DNA of 64,000 bases, from positions 1 to 64,000 of the IMG/VR virus record IMGVR_UViG_3300035188_001379; one strand, 5' to 3'. The stretch is from a virus. How positions within the stretch are numbered: the stretch's first letter is position 1; each line of letters opens with the position of its first letter. Both the position numbers and the translations under genes were made by a program. Below, in pieces: positions 37,421-48,390 of this stretch. The notes under the pieces are model-generated. The model saw nothing but the letters and a program-made list of their open reading frames with translations, did not search any database and was not told where the DNA came from.

Positions 37421-38049
37421 ACGACGTAGAAAAACTCATTAAAGAAAACAAAAAGCTTATAGACCTAGAGGCTGCAAGGTACGCCACAAACATACCTTTA
37501 ATCACAGTACAGATAGAGGCTTATAAACTGGCGCGTGAGGCGGCCAAAAGCTACAATCCTAACACAGGAGTTAAGTTCAGCACACATCTTGTTAATAGTC
37601 TTAAAAAACTGTCGAGACTATCCACTAAATATGGCGCTGTACTCCGCGTACCTGAGAATACTCAATTCGGTATCAACAAACTTCAAAAGCTCGAAAAAGA
37701 CCTCGAGCACTCCCTAGGAAGAACTCCCACGACTGAAGAGCTCGCTCATCACTCAGGGTTCAATGTGAAGGCTGTTACACACACACTACAGAGCCGTAAA
37801 ACAAGCGCAGGACTGTCATCACTGTTCGATGCGCCTTCCTTGTTCGACAGCGCTAATGATGAATGGGTGCAATTTGTTTATCATGACCTAGCAGACAAAG
37901 ATAAATTGATTTTTGAACACAAAACAGGGTTTGGAGGGAAAACTATTCTAGATAACGCTGCCTTAGCCAAGAAATTAAATTTGTCTACCAGTACGCTAAA
38001 TAATAGGTTAAAATTAATTAACTCTACACTAGCCAAAGGATGGAAATAA
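37417..38049 (+). CDS. phage sigma-70-family factor
   Basis: Region 2 YNPNTGVKFSTH (cf. FDP.RG.KFSTY), region 3 LGRTPTTEELA, region 4 HTH LAKKLNLSTSTLNNRL. Confidence 0.85.
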   Translation: MNDVEKLIKENKKLIDLEAARYATNIPLITVQIEAYKLAREAAKSYNPNTGVKFSTHLVNSLKKLSRLSTKYGAVLRVPENTQFGINKLQKLEKDLEHSLGRTPTTEELAHHSGFNVKAVTHTLQSRKTSAGLSSLFDAPSLFDSANDEWVQFVYHDLADKDKLIFEHKTGFGGKTILDNAALAKKLNLSTSTLNNRLKLINSTLAKGWK

Positions 38050-38050
38050 C

Positions 38051-38464
38051 ATGTTCGACACTCTCATCAAGCTGCTTAATAAGCTTAAATCTTTTTTTGA
38101 AGATAAACTACCGTCTGGAAGGCTCAGCAATGATAGCTCAGGGCGCAAATGGTTTTTAGAGCATATTTCATATGAGGGAGAGCTTACGTTAGAAAAATTG
38201 CGAGAAATCACCGATCGTGGCGATTTGAACAGTCTTTTTGTTGAACGCTATGACGAAAAATCAGTAAAAGCCAAAAAAGGTATCAGCGCAGTAAAAGTAG
38301 AGATATCTGCCTTATACAGTTTTCAAAAATGTTTTGTGCAACGCTACAAAGGCAGACTGCATTTTTACAGAGACGATCTTTCTCAAAAAGGAGCCAGGAC
38401 CATGCACACCACCGGTAGGGCCTATGGACTTTTTAACGAGCTTAAAAAAAATCTAGACTCTTAG
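38051..38464 (+). CDS. hypothetical protein
   Basis: 137-aa ORF. Confidence 0.55.
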   Translation: MFDTLIKLLNKLKSFFEDKLPSGRLSNDSSGRKWFLEHISYEGELTLEKLREITDRGDLNSLFVERYDEKSVKAKKGISAVKVEISALYSFQKCFVQRYKGRLHFYRDDLSQKGARTMHTTGRAYGLFNELKKNLDS

Positions 38465-38467
38465 TTT

Positions 38468-38947
38468 ATGGCGATCGCAAGCATATCTACAAACTACACA
38501 AATCGCACTAAGGATATCAGCATACTGCAATACCCAGACGCATCTACTGTTGATGCTCAGATTGTATTACCTCAGTTTGGAGGCAACGCTAGGTTTTGTA
38601 CAGGCGTACAGAAGCTTATTCAGAAGTATGCGATTATTCTGCTTACAAACATAAAATCTCAACCGGCTTTTCCTACGTTTGGTACAAACTTTTTGTATAC
38701 CTTGCAGGCAGGTATATCTCCAGTAGACCGTGTGCGAGCTTCACAGATATTTGTTTTAGCCAGCTTCCAGGCAGTCACAGCCCTTAGAAGATATCAAGTG
38801 GCCAACCCATCTATTCCAGACGATGAAAAGATTGTACGGGCAGAGCTGGTAGGTCTAGATTTGTATGGAGGCTACGTAGGGTTCTCAGTAAATATAATTA
38901 CAGTAGCTGGAGACAACATTTCGTTCGTGGTACCTTTACCTAAGTAA
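38468..38947 (+). CDS. baseplate wedge or sheath initiator (gp25-like)
   Basis: TGVQKLIQKYAIILLT...FPTFGTNF pattern, upstream of the J-like gene. Confidence 0.7.
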   Translation: MAIASISTNYTNRTKDISILQYPDASTVDAQIVLPQFGGNARFCTGVQKLIQKYAIILLTNIKSQPAFPTFGTNFLYTLQAGISPVDRVRASQIFVLASFQAVTALRRYQVANPSIPDDEKIVRAELVGLDLYGGYVGFSVNIITVAGDNISFVVPLPK

Positions 38948-38950
38948 CAT

Positions 38951-40588
38951 ATGGCAGAGACAATTCAAAACACACTAGACCGCTTAACTGCATTCATTTC
39001 TCAAAATTATACAGACATTGAAGTAGGTCCTGGTTCTGTTATAAGCGAGCTACTCCTCAAAGTTGCGGCTAGTATTCATAACGAGCAGTATAATCTCATC
39101 GAAGGACTGCGGCAATCCTCGCATATTAGCAGCGTACTTGCAGCCACTGAAGACACCTATTCCCCTATAATGGATGCAGTGGCCTCTAACTATAACGTTA
39201 GCCGCGACACTGGTGCGTACGTTACAGGTAAAATAAAAGTAACTGTTAGTGCCTCTAACGAGTACAACCTGAGACAGGGGTTCGAGTTTGTCCAGCCCGG
39301 CTTGAACTTAAACTATACTCTTGTGAAAAACACTAGAGTGGTTGGAACAAAATCACTAACAACTTTAAATGAGGTGCAGCTGTTCAGCTCAAACGGAATG
39401 TTCTATTTCATTCTCGACGTAATCGCTGAAAATGTAGGACCGCAATATCAAGTACCTTCAGGAACAGTATTCTCACTGGCTCCTGATGGATATCTAAACA
39501 AGTTTGTAAAAGCTGAGGCATACGGCAACTTTTCTTCAGGTAAAAATGTAGATACCGATAAAGAGTTGGTAGCTAAAATAAAAACAAGTCTAGGCAATTC
39601 ACGACTTACTTCTGCTGCAGGTATCGCCAAAAACTTCTCAGAAAAATTTCCCAGCTTCCAGTACCTATCCATTTGTGGAGCAAACGACCCAGAGATGCTT
39701 AGGTCAAAGCAGAATGTTCTAGGTATTTCTACGTTTGGAAAAGCTGACGTTTATGTTCGTTCAAGCGTAGGGTTAGAATTAACTCACATCACGAAGTCAG
39801 CTACGAAAATTGCTGAAAATACATGGAGGCTGCAACTTTTCAACATAGACGTACCAGGATTTTATAGGATTCAATCCATTATACCTACCTCCAAACAGAT
39901 TAACCTAGGAGGTACATTGTTGCCCACAGCTGTAGATTACGGTTTCTCTATATACCCTAACTATAGGAATAATGAGATTGCCGCAGACACAATCGCAAAG
40001 AGTGTTAGTAACGCCAGATTCACCAAGTATCAAACTGCGACAGTCACATTTAATTATTCAGATCCTGAAAAGATAGCTATAGGGCAAACCGCTTCTTTTG
40101 AACTTCATATCAGTAATCAGCCTCATATCGCTGAGATGCAGGACTTGTTACTTTCTGACGAAAACCGACTAGCTTGCGCAGACTACCTAGTGAAGGCTGT
40201 TGTTCCTTGTATGGTGTCGCTGAACATCAATCTGATCAAGAAAAGAATTACCGACACATACGAATCTTTAAATATTCAGCAGCTAAAAAAAGACATATTC
40301 ACGTATGTTAACACTATTCCTTTTGGAGAAGAGCTGCATGCCTCTGCGTTAATCGACATTTGTCATAACTATGATATACGTAGAGTAGACTTGCCTATAA
40401 GCATGGAAGGTGTAATTATATGCCCAGACAATTCAACCATAACACTTGAAGACTCTGATGTGCTGGCTATCCCTACCGATATCGCTAGAGGAGTATCTCC
40501 GAAAACAACCGCGTACTTTATCGACTATTATCGAGTAGAGGCAGGTGTGACGCAACCCATCGACAATATAGGCTTAAATATTTCATAG
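38951..40588 (+). CDS. baseplate wedge protein (gpJ/gp6-like)
   Basis: DIEVGPGSVISELL, A.NYNVSR..G..VTG, V.AENVGPQYQV, F..GKNVDTDKEL. Confidence 0.8.
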   Translation: MAETIQNTLDRLTAFISQNYTDIEVGPGSVISELLLKVAASIHNEQYNLIEGLRQSSHISSVLAATEDTYSPIMDAVASNYNVSRDTGAYVTGKIKVTVSASNEYNLRQGFEFVQPGLNLNYTLVKNTRVVGTKSLTTLNEVQLFSSNGMFYFILDVIAENVGPQYQVPSGTVFSLAPDGYLNKFVKAEAYGNFSSGKNVDTDKELVAKIKTSLGNSRLTSAAGIAKNFSEKFPSFQYLSICGANDPEMLRSKQNVLGISTFGKADVYVRSSVGLELTHITKSATKIAENTWRLQLFNIDVPGFYRIQSIIPTSKQINLGGTLLPTAVDYGFSIYPNYRNNEIAADTIAKSVSNARFTKYQTATVTFNYSDPEKIAIGQTASFELHISNQPHIAEMQDLLLSDENRLACADYLVKAVVPCMVSLNINLIKKRITDTYESLNIQQLKKDIFTYVNTIPFGEELHASALIDICHNYDIRRVDLPISMEGVIICPDNSTITLEDSDVLAIPTDIARGVSPKTTAYFIDYYRVEAGVTQPIDNIGLNIS

Positions 40589-40589
40589 C

Positions 40590-42428
40590 ATGCTCATTGA
40601 CTTCATACCTTCAAAATTCCCTGCAGGAGATGTTACAGACGGACAATATCTGTATCGTTCGCTGGGCTCTTTTTGGACACAGATATTCAGAGATAAGAAC
40701 GTTTTAAAAGGCTATACTATCGGAACAGCTGACGAACTTATTCAGTCTTACTTTAACCTAACGGAAGCGATCAAGCAGTACTCTGTTAAAGATATAGATA
40801 TTCTACATAAGGAAAAATGGCTGCCTCTCGTAATTAAGAAGTCCGAGTTTAACAACGCACCCTTTAAATTTACTTCCAACTCTGCTGTGTTTGGAAAGCA
40901 ACCCAACACAGATAGCTTTTATGCGGGACAAATATTCAGGTTCGGTTTCTCAAAAGAGACAGGAGGACAAGTCTACAGTTTTACACCTACTGTAGCATTA
41001 TCTAAATTTGGAGCTATAGCCAATAGAATCATAGCTCCTTCGCTTGTGCTGATCCCTGGTATAGATGTCGTAATGCAGGAAGGTACTCTGTATTTTACGG
41101 TAAATCTTTTTAACAATTCGAGAATACCTACAGCAAAAGTCATCGATGACTTCGGTTCTCCTGTAACTTTTAAAGACTCTAGAGGCGAAGTATTCGAAGA
41201 AGAATTTATTGTATTGTGGATGCATATGGCGGAAATAGATCAAGCCGCACTATACAATACATTCGGAGTGCTCCTGGACCTGAACCTACCTTCAGCAGAA
41301 AGCTATAAAGAAATACTTAAAGCGGTTTTTAACCTCTATGTGGAAGGTCCTACAGTTAGAGCACTAACGTCTGCGTTTGCCGCCTTGGCCAAGGCTCCTG
41401 TCATAATCGAGCCTGAAGAAATTGTTGATGACATATACGTAGACGATTATAACCAGTATGTGATTACAGATAAAAACGTCTACAAACTAGCATTGAACCA
41501 GAATATTTCCAGTGATGTGGCTAGAGGCGTTATTTTTTTTAGCGGAGAAATTTTAAGTGCAGATGTGTCGGTGTCTGACAGTGTTATTGATCCTATATGG
41601 TGGCAAAGCAAGGTACAGACAACCAAGCTTTCGTTTGCTTCACATATTTTTATTGCTGGTGTTAAAAATCAATTGTTTTTTGAAAACTCGCTTAAGCTTT
41701 TGACGTATACAGGAGCAGCTCCAAACCCACAGGACAAGAAGCTAATATTTCCTGTTCTTGGGAGAGACACTGACGTACAGCTATTCCAAGACTATATAAA
41801 TTTGCCTGAAAATAAAAACGAGCTAATCTCTTTGCTTAAATTTAAGCCGAATATAACTTCGTCGATAACAATCAATCCCATCGATTTTCTATTTAAAAAT
41901 CTTTTTAAGAACAACACCCTTTTTGTTAAGTTAGACTTCTACGAGCAGACCCAGCTCGAGCTTTTCGTGTCTTTGCTTCCTCTGCTGCAGTTCCACCTTC
42001 CGTCACATGTGTATTTGCTGCTGTATATCTCAATAACTCTACCGCAGGACACTCTCTCTAGATTGAATAGCGGATTAAAGATACATGCTTTCCCTGGAAG
42101 ACTTTTTAGCTTTGACGGCTCCGAGTACCTGACAGGTTCACGGCCGATACTTGGCAACGACGATCCCGACTACTACAAAGATTACCTAAATCGCCTTTTT
42201 TGTATCTCGCTAGGTCCTTACAGGAATGGGCAGCCGCTGCATGCGGACGGCACAGCAAAATTCAACAACGTCAATAACCTCGATGATCTGCAACTAAATC
42301 ATCCTATAGGTGTCACTGCTGGGACTATGCGTACAGACATACCTGCAAGCGTTCAACCTCCTGGAGAACCTTTTCCAAGACTTCCTTCAACCAGAGAGAT
42401 ACAATCAATCTTATTAATCGACTTTTAA
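40590..42428 (+). CDS. baseplate wedge protein (gpI/gp7-like, putative)
   Basis: 612 aa after the J-like gene; LYNTFGVLLDL...YKEILKAVFNLYVEGPT. Confidence 0.6.
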   Translation: MLIDFIPSKFPAGDVTDGQYLYRSLGSFWTQIFRDKNVLKGYTIGTADELIQSYFNLTEAIKQYSVKDIDILHKEKWLPLVIKKSEFNNAPFKFTSNSAVFGKQPNTDSFYAGQIFRFGFSKETGGQVYSFTPTVALSKFGAIANRIIAPSLVLIPGIDVVMQEGTLYFTVNLFNNSRIPTAKVIDDFGSPVTFKDSRGEVFEEEFIVLWMHMAEIDQAALYNTFGVLLDLNLPSAESYKEILKAVFNLYVEGPTVRALTSAFAALAKAPVIIEPEEIVDDIYVDDYNQYVITDKNVYKLALNQNISSDVARGVIFFSGEILSADVSVSDSVIDPIWWQSKVQTTKLSFASHIFIAGVKNQLFFENSLKLLTYTGAAPNPQDKKLIFPVLGRDTDVQLFQDYINLPENKNELISLLKFKPNITSSITINPIDFLFKNLFKNNTLFVKLDFYEQTQLELFVSLLPLLQFHLPSHVYLLLYISITLPQDTLSRLNSGLKIHAFPGRLFSFDGSEYLTGSRPILGNDDPDYYKDYLNRLFCISLGPYRNGQPLHADGTAKFNNVNNLDDLQLNHPIGVTAGTMRTDIPASVQPPGEPFPRLPSTREIQSILLIDF

Positions 42429-42453
42429 CCTAGAGGCAATATAATATAGTTTT

Positions 42454-43014
42454 ATGGTAAACACTGAAAATTTAAGCACGACCAAAGCGCTTACAGGTTT
42501 TATAAAAATCTGGCAAGTCGACCCTTGCTCTGGCGAATCCTTGTTGTTGGTAGACAAGCCGAATATGATTCTGAAAGGCGGAGCAACGCTATTGTCGCGC
42601 TCTTTAGGTGGGGATGCTGCTGCAAAAATTTGGGGAATGTATATCGGTTACAACAACAACGTAACTTTCGTTAAGCCAGATATTGATGTAGACTACGCAA
42701 ACCGCTTTATCAATTATGCTGCACCTTTTGGATATTTGCGCGAGCCTTTAACTTTTAGCCCCAACTTCTTATCTTCTCCAGGCTATGTCGACAACACTGT
42801 GCTGTTTTCGACAATGATAACTTCCGCCAATAAAGCAGGCGGGGCAGAGTTCACTGAAGATAGTAAGATTTATGAGGTTGCTCTTGTAGCTGCACAAGAT
42901 GTAAATGACCCTACCAAGGATATCGTGTTTTCTAGAACTAACTTTAATCCTGTGCAGTATAACTCTACTTATAACTTCACCATAACTTGGGGCGTTAGAA
43001 TTCTACTTACATAA
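42454..43014 (+). CDS. tail fibre attachment or collar-type protein (putative)
   Basis: 186 aa; IYEVAL...IVFSRTNFNPV...FTITWGV C-terminus. Confidence 0.5.
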   Translation: MVNTENLSTTKALTGFIKIWQVDPCSGESLLLVDKPNMILKGGATLLSRSLGGDAAAKIWGMYIGYNNNVTFVKPDIDVDYANRFINYAAPFGYLREPLTFSPNFLSSPGYVDNTVLFSTMITSANKAGGAEFTEDSKIYEVALVAAQDVNDPTKDIVFSRTNFNPVQYNSTYNFTITWGVRILLT

Positions 43015-43018
43015 TCAT

Positions 43019-45076
43019 ATGAGTTTAACTCCTTGGCTTCCGGTAGTCCGAAAAATAAAAGATGGTGAGTTCGTAGACCAGACGACTGTAAACGTACCTA
43101 TCGACCAGCTCACTCAAAGAGACCAGCATCTCTATGAGAAGTTTCAAGAGCTATCAGGTAAATCTGTCTTGATTAGCTTTGGTCAGCCGATACATCCAGA
43201 AGAAACAAGCTATGTTGTACCAGGAGAGTTAAATCTTGTCTACTTCCGCAGTGATGCCTCAGGGGCAGGTATCTCTAGAAGTATGACAGGCTTTTCTTCG
43301 ACATCTTCCTCGTCGATGTTCGCGCCTAAAAATTCAAACTATGTCTTCGGCTTAACCAAGATGGTTTATGCCGATACGCAAACCGCAGACCTGTTTACAG
43401 AAGGCTTGTGTGAGCTGACCTCAGACATTGATGACTCTGCAACTGGGCTCTTACAGAGCGGAGAAGAGTTTTCTCCAGGTCCGTATTTTTTATCTTCGAA
43501 GTATTTAGGTAAAATTACAAGAGATCCGTCAGGAATACCTGTGTATGTTGGTTATGCTATAAGTAAGCGTAAGTTTTTACTACATACAAACGTAGACGAA
43601 TTTTCTCAGTTTTTTATTAACTACAGGTACCACGTATTAGATCGTGTAGCAGGTACACCCTCTTTATCTGGTACAACTTGGACAATAACCTCGTCTAATG
43701 CCAATAAACTCGGTTGGATAGCCGTGGGCAGCATCACAAACATTCCTGTACCTGTAGGAGCTAAATTTTACTACAATATTCCAAGAACTACAGCTCAGCT
43801 AGACGCTGACACTGAGCTTGAAGGCTATGAACGTGAGGAGGCCATAGACTTACGCAGAGATCTTCCTCCGGTTCCTGCGAATTTTATTCAATTGTATACG
43901 AACGGTGTTCTGGAGAGATATAATAATGAGTTTGATCCTGCAGGGAATTTTTCAGTGAACGAGTACGGCTTATGGTGGCATAACGATCAGAACAGCTATC
44001 AGCCTTGGTCAGCTTCATACAACAGCTCTAACACCTGGGCAGTGAATAAAACAAATCTTTCTGCGAGCAGAAAAAGAATGTTTGTAAGCTTTTCAAAATT
44101 TAACCCAGCACTAAGAACACAGCTAGTCAGGTCTCTAGCTCCATATGATCGTGTAGAGAACGGAGAGTATGTTAACCGGCCATCCAGCTTTTTGAAGCTC
44201 TACAGCAAAGATAAGCCTGATGCGCAGGCCGCAACAGGAGATCTGCTCTTTGACATTGACGCTCCTGTGAACCTTTACGGCTATCGCCCAAGCGGAGCTA
44301 CGAGCGATCTAGAAGAATTCGAATACCCCGAAGCACCAAGGAGTGACCAGTATACTGCAAATCGTGCAATAGCTGCTTTACAGTACTCTAAACCGGAAGG
44401 TGCATTCAAGGCAGTAGTTACCCCTGTGGTTGCAAGAATACTCGGAGCCAATGGAGTGACTGTAAATGAAGACGCTAACCGACCAGGTGTGTGGACAATC
44501 CAGTATTCTGCCACAGGCATATCAGGACAAGTGGACTCTATAGAGCCTATCAATTCACGACTCGAGTTTTTAGGCTTAAACTCCTATATCAAACTGCCTC
44601 CTCCCTCATCTACACCCTATGGGCTGATTGGTAAGATAGTTCTACCTAAGTCTGGAGTGAATAACAAACCTCTCCAGCTTGTGTTTCACCTATTTGGAGA
44701 CAAGGATGTTTCGTTGAGCTCAACATTCAGAAACGTAGCGTTCCAGTTGGAGTACTCAGCTGTGTCTGCTTACAATGGTAGCTCTCCTACGAACTACACT
44801 ACAGTAAATACAAATAAATATAGTCCTAACGTTAATCCTGTAGAATTCGCAATTAAGCCTATCGCAGGCGCAGCTAATAACTACGCAGCCTACACATCTT
44901 GTCGTATAGCTGAGCCTGGCTTTGTGATTCCTGCTCAGTTTGTGCGAGAAGACACAATCATTAACTTTAAGATAACTCGCGTGGCTGTAGGGTCACTTGC
45001 AAACAACTATGCAGGGAATGTTATCGAAGGAGGCAATATTGGACTGCTAGGTATTTATTGGGAAAGCTTAACATAG
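43019..45076 (+). CDS. tail fibre or baseplate peripheral protein
   Basis: 685 aa; N-terminal IKDGEFVDQTTVNVPIDQLTQRDQHL anchor-like segment. Confidence 0.55.
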   Translation: MSLTPWLPVVRKIKDGEFVDQTTVNVPIDQLTQRDQHLYEKFQELSGKSVLISFGQPIHPEETSYVVPGELNLVYFRSDASGAGISRSMTGFSSTSSSSMFAPKNSNYVFGLTKMVYADTQTADLFTEGLCELTSDIDDSATGLLQSGEEFSPGPYFLSSKYLGKITRDPSGIPVYVGYAISKRKFLLHTNVDEFSQFFINYRYHVLDRVAGTPSLSGTTWTITSSNANKLGWIAVGSITNIPVPVGAKFYYNIPRTTAQLDADTELEGYEREEAIDLRRDLPPVPANFIQLYTNGVLERYNNEFDPAGNFSVNEYGLWWHNDQNSYQPWSASYNSSNTWAVNKTNLSASRKRMFVSFSKFNPALRTQLVRSLAPYDRVENGEYVNRPSSFLKLYSKDKPDAQAATGDLLFDIDAPVNLYGYRPSGATSDLEEFEYPEAPRSDQYTANRAIAALQYSKPEGAFKAVVTPVVARILGANGVTVNEDANRPGVWTIQYSATGISGQVDSIEPINSRLEFLGLNSYIKLPPPSSTPYGLIGKIVLPKSGVNNKPLQLVFHLFGDKDVSLSSTFRNVAFQLEYSAVSAYNGSSPTNYTTVNTNKYSPNVNPVEFAIKPIAGAANNYAAYTSCRIAEPGFVIPAQFVREDTIINFKITRVAVGSLANNYAGNVIEGGNIGLLGIYWESLT

Positions 45077-45083
45077 TAAGAGT

Positions 45084-45977
45084 ATGCCGTGGATTGATAG
45101 CTTAGACTGGTTGTCTCTAAACTCTCTCAGAAGATATCCTCTGAGAGAGGGCACCAGCGTGCTTAGTACTGACGAGTATTTTAGTATACCTGATACGCTA
45201 ATATCTGATTTTACGTTATGTGCCTCTAGCGATGTTACACGCAGATTCTATATCTCTAAAATTTTTAATAAAGTCACTTCTCTGATTATCGAAGTCAGTG
45301 ATTCCTCAGGCATTCAGGTTGGCTCGTTTAATATACAAGGAAGCCAACACACCCAAGACAAAGACTATTACCTAACTCCTACGTCTTTGTATGCAGGGGC
45401 CAACGGCAAAATAACTATAAATACTCTTGAGGACCTTAAAACACAGCCGGCAGGAGTTTTTTCTTTTACGCTCGCTGCCACAGAATTCGAGCCTCGAGTG
45501 ATTGTTCCTGGGTTGCAGGGAATAGACAGAATCAAGTTCACTGATACTCAAAACGGCACATATAGTTTTACAGGAGATATACATATCACTTCACGGAGTA
45601 ACGTATACTTTGACTATGCTCTCGCTAATAATGAAGTGCTGGTAGATGCTGGCGATGACCTTGGCTTGAGTAAGTTGTGTACGTTTAAAGATTGTGTTAA
45701 GAGTATCAATGGCGTCGGGCCGGATCCTGCCACAGGCAACATCAATCTTCTCGGCGTTAACTGTGTTAAAATATCAAACTCTGCGCAGTACACTCTCGAT
45801 GTTTCTGACACTTGCTGCACTCCGTGCTCAGGTTGCAATGATCTAGAAGAGCTAACTACGAGACTCACATCGCTAGAGAACAGCTTTTTACAGTTGAAAG
45901 ATAATTATAATAGTGTAAATACTCAGCTAAGTACGTATCTTTCTACAATTAATTCTAACTGTGCATGCCCCGAGTAA
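45084..45977 (+). CDS. tail appendage paralog 1
   Basis: DWLSLNSLRRYPL N-motif, VKSINGVGPD..GNINL, Cys-rich CCTPCSGC followed by a coiled coil. Confidence 0.6.
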   Translation: MPWIDSLDWLSLNSLRRYPLREGTSVLSTDEYFSIPDTLISDFTLCASSDVTRRFYISKIFNKVTSLIIEVSDSSGIQVGSFNIQGSQHTQDKDYYLTPTSLYAGANGKITINTLEDLKTQPAGVFSFTLAATEFEPRVIVPGLQGIDRIKFTDTQNGTYSFTGDIHITSRSNVYFDYALANNEVLVDAGDDLGLSKLCTFKDCVKSINGVGPDPATGNINLLGVNCVKISNSAQYTLDVSDTCCTPCSGCNDLEELTTRLTSLENSFLQLKDNYNSVNTQLSTYLSTINSNCACPE

Positions 45978-45992
45978 TGCAATTAAGCTTCT

Positions 45993-48353
45993 ATGGCTGC
46001 TCTAGAATATCTCACAGGCAACGCGCTGACGGCCCATCCGTTTAGACCTCCGAAAAACACATCTTTTGTACCTACCCACCCCGTGGAGGGCAACGGAGAC
46101 ACCTCTGTAGTTTGGTTCTACGACATTCTTTTCGTTGCCTTTTTACCTAATTTAAAAAAAGTGTTCGTATCGAACATTTCAAAGATTTCTGACACGCAAG
46201 TATCTTTGACTTTTAGCGACTATGACACAGGAGAAGTCATTGTACCTAGCGAGCAGCCAGCCGTATTGACTTTAGCTAACCACTTTAAAAATACTGAAGC
46301 CAGCTTTGCTTCGTGGCAAACAAGCGGGTTTGCCGTCAAAGTAGTGTTCGGGCCAGGATTATTAGCTAAACCCAACTTTAGTCAAAATTATCCTAAGGAG
46401 CTTACAGAGCTGAGCTCCACTGCAGTAGTGTTAAAACAACCTAGAGTATCGAGTCTGACATTTAACGCTTACGACACACCCAAGGCTCGAGAGCTTGCTC
46501 TGCCTCTTGACCATAAGTTTCAGGTGGCGGTATACACAAAAGACACTACTGAGCCAAGGGTTAGGCTAAAGCACAACATTCTGTATCGCATAGAATCCCC
46601 TTCAGCTCTAGGTTTGGTTGTAGCCAGAGGTACAGGGGAAGGATTGTACGATCCTTGTCCTGCTCTTGGCGCTATTGAGGATGTTTATAGTGTGACCCAG
46701 GTTACTCCAGACGAAAACGGTGGTATTTTCCTAAACCCGTCTAGCTGCTATTCTGCAAACACGTTAACTTCAAATGATGTAATCCTTCTAGGAGAACCAG
46801 TACTCGCTCCGTATAGAGCATTTCCTCTTTACTTCCCTAGAAATGACTCCTTGGTGTTTAACGCAGTTTCCGTAGGCTCTTCAATTTTTATTGAAAATTT
46901 CTGTAAACCTAAGTGCGCACCAGAACAAATTCAAGCTTTTGCACACTATTTAAACAGAGTTACTGACGGCGCAAAGGAGTTAGACCTTATAGCTGCTAGG
47001 GACACAGAGACGCACGGGATCTGCGACATCCAAAATCTTACGCTAACCGTACTATCTTTTTGTGATGACGGGGTGTTCGGTCGTTGCGACATTCCTTGTA
47101 CCCCAAATTTCATAAAATATTTCCACGAAGGCCGCGAAATTCAGATAGCATATACTGGAACAAACGTACAGACCTTTAAAATCATGGAAGTAGTGTCTGA
47201 TAATGTGGTCAAAATTGACCAGCTTGCTGATTACGGTAAATCTTTACCTTTTAGACTTTTAGATAACGGTGTGGTAAGTAACATGAATTGCGCTGTTACT
47301 GAGTACAACACCAAGGCCCTAGCATTTTTACGCCCTTATTTTACTGTAAAGTACACAACAAGCGAGTCGTATAGTTCTCAAGGCATATATACAACCTTTT
47401 TATCTGTGATTGTGGCGGTGTTTAACCCGTCAGGTGATCCTGTGGCGTTACGTACAGATTTCAACTATACAGCTTTTGCACGACAAGGCAGCTTTAAAAT
47501 ACGTAAGGCTGATGGTGTTGAAGTGAGTGACACCACTGAAACTTACGTGGGTTGTCGTGAGTATGTTTTTGTAGAAGCTGTGTTCGGTATCGGGTGCGGC
47601 ATGACAGGAGGAGCAATCCAAATAGCTGTTTTTGACACCACAACTGGTGTAGACTCTCTGATAGGTGCTCCGTATTTTCTGCCGGGTATTAATGGTGTTC
47701 CCTGCCCAGGCAGCGGAGGATCCACCACACCTACCATACCAGTGTTTAAGCTGCTTAGAGATAATTGGGAAGGCTACTCGAAGGCTATACCTACCAGCAG
47801 CTTTTTCACTAGCGTCACCTTCAGCGCAAACAAACCTTCATGGCTTAACTTATCTTTTGATAATGCAGTCAAACAAATAAGACTGACTGTGCCTGCCTAC
47901 CCGTCTGCAGCTCTCAGTGCACTGTACAACATAAGTTACACCTCAAATTACGGTGCAAATGGGTCTTTTAAACTGCTGTATATAGTTAAGCCTACAATCA
48001 CTAGCCCTCTCGAAAGCACATACACCCTAGCTAACCCGCTGCCTGTTAATAAGAACACCGTATACACCTCGCAGGCACCGCTAATTTCAGTTGTAGCTAC
48101 AAACATGACGCTTCTTTCTGCTGATTTCCCTGCTGACGAATTTTTCTATCAGTATACTCTGCATGTGTACGGGAACAGCTCTCTGCTTCCTGCTGGCTTG
48201 TACTTCGACAAAATCACAGGAAAGCTGACAGGTCAACTAAGCAACGCCGTACCTGTAGGCTCAAGAATAACCTTATATGTGAGCGCTAGGAATCCTGCAG
48301 GACTTGCCACGAACGCTCAAATTATTCCTTTAATCGTGACTGGTGCCACATAG
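45993..48353 (+). CDS. tail appendage paralog 2 with a C-terminal Ig/cadherin-like (He_PIG-like) domain
   Basis: EYLTGNALTAHPF, VTPDENGGIFL, C-terminal LPAGLYFDKITGKLTG. Confidence 0.6.
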   Translation: MAALEYLTGNALTAHPFRPPKNTSFVPTHPVEGNGDTSVVWFYDILFVAFLPNLKKVFVSNISKISDTQVSLTFSDYDTGEVIVPSEQPAVLTLANHFKNTEASFASWQTSGFAVKVVFGPGLLAKPNFSQNYPKELTELSSTAVVLKQPRVSSLTFNAYDTPKARELALPLDHKFQVAVYTKDTTEPRVRLKHNILYRIESPSALGLVVARGTGEGLYDPCPALGAIEDVYSVTQVTPDENGGIFLNPSSCYSANTLTSNDVILLGEPVLAPYRAFPLYFPRNDSLVFNAVSVGSSIFIENFCKPKCAPEQIQAFAHYLNRVTDGAKELDLIAARDTETHGICDIQNLTLTVLSFCDDGVFGRCDIPCTPNFIKYFHEGREIQIAYTGTNVQTFKIMEVVSDNVVKIDQLADYGKSLPFRLLDNGVVSNMNCAVTEYNTKALAFLRPYFTVKYTTSESYSSQGIYTTFLSVIVAVFNPSGDPVALRTDFNYTAFARQGSFKIRKADGVEVSDTTETYVGCREYVFVEAVFGIGCGMTGGAIQIAVFDTTTGVDSLIGAPYFLPGINGVPCPGSGGSTTPTIPVFKLLRDNWEGYSKAIPTSSFFTSVTFSANKPSWLNLSFDNAVKQIRLTVPAYPSAALSALYNISYTSNYGANGSFKLLYIVKPTITSPLESTYTLANPLPVNKNTVYTSQAPLISVVATNMTLLSADFPADEFFYQYTLHVYGNSSLLPAGLYFDKITGKLTGQLSNAVPVGSRITLYVSARNPAGLATNAQIIPLIVTGAT

Positions 48354-48390
48354 GTTTCATATATTGGGCTAGCGACACTTTTTAATTAAT

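Noticed and set aside
22756-43014. Extracellular contractile injection system or tailocin
   Set aside because: A capsid, prohead protease, long tape measure and terminase are present, which indicates a full phage.
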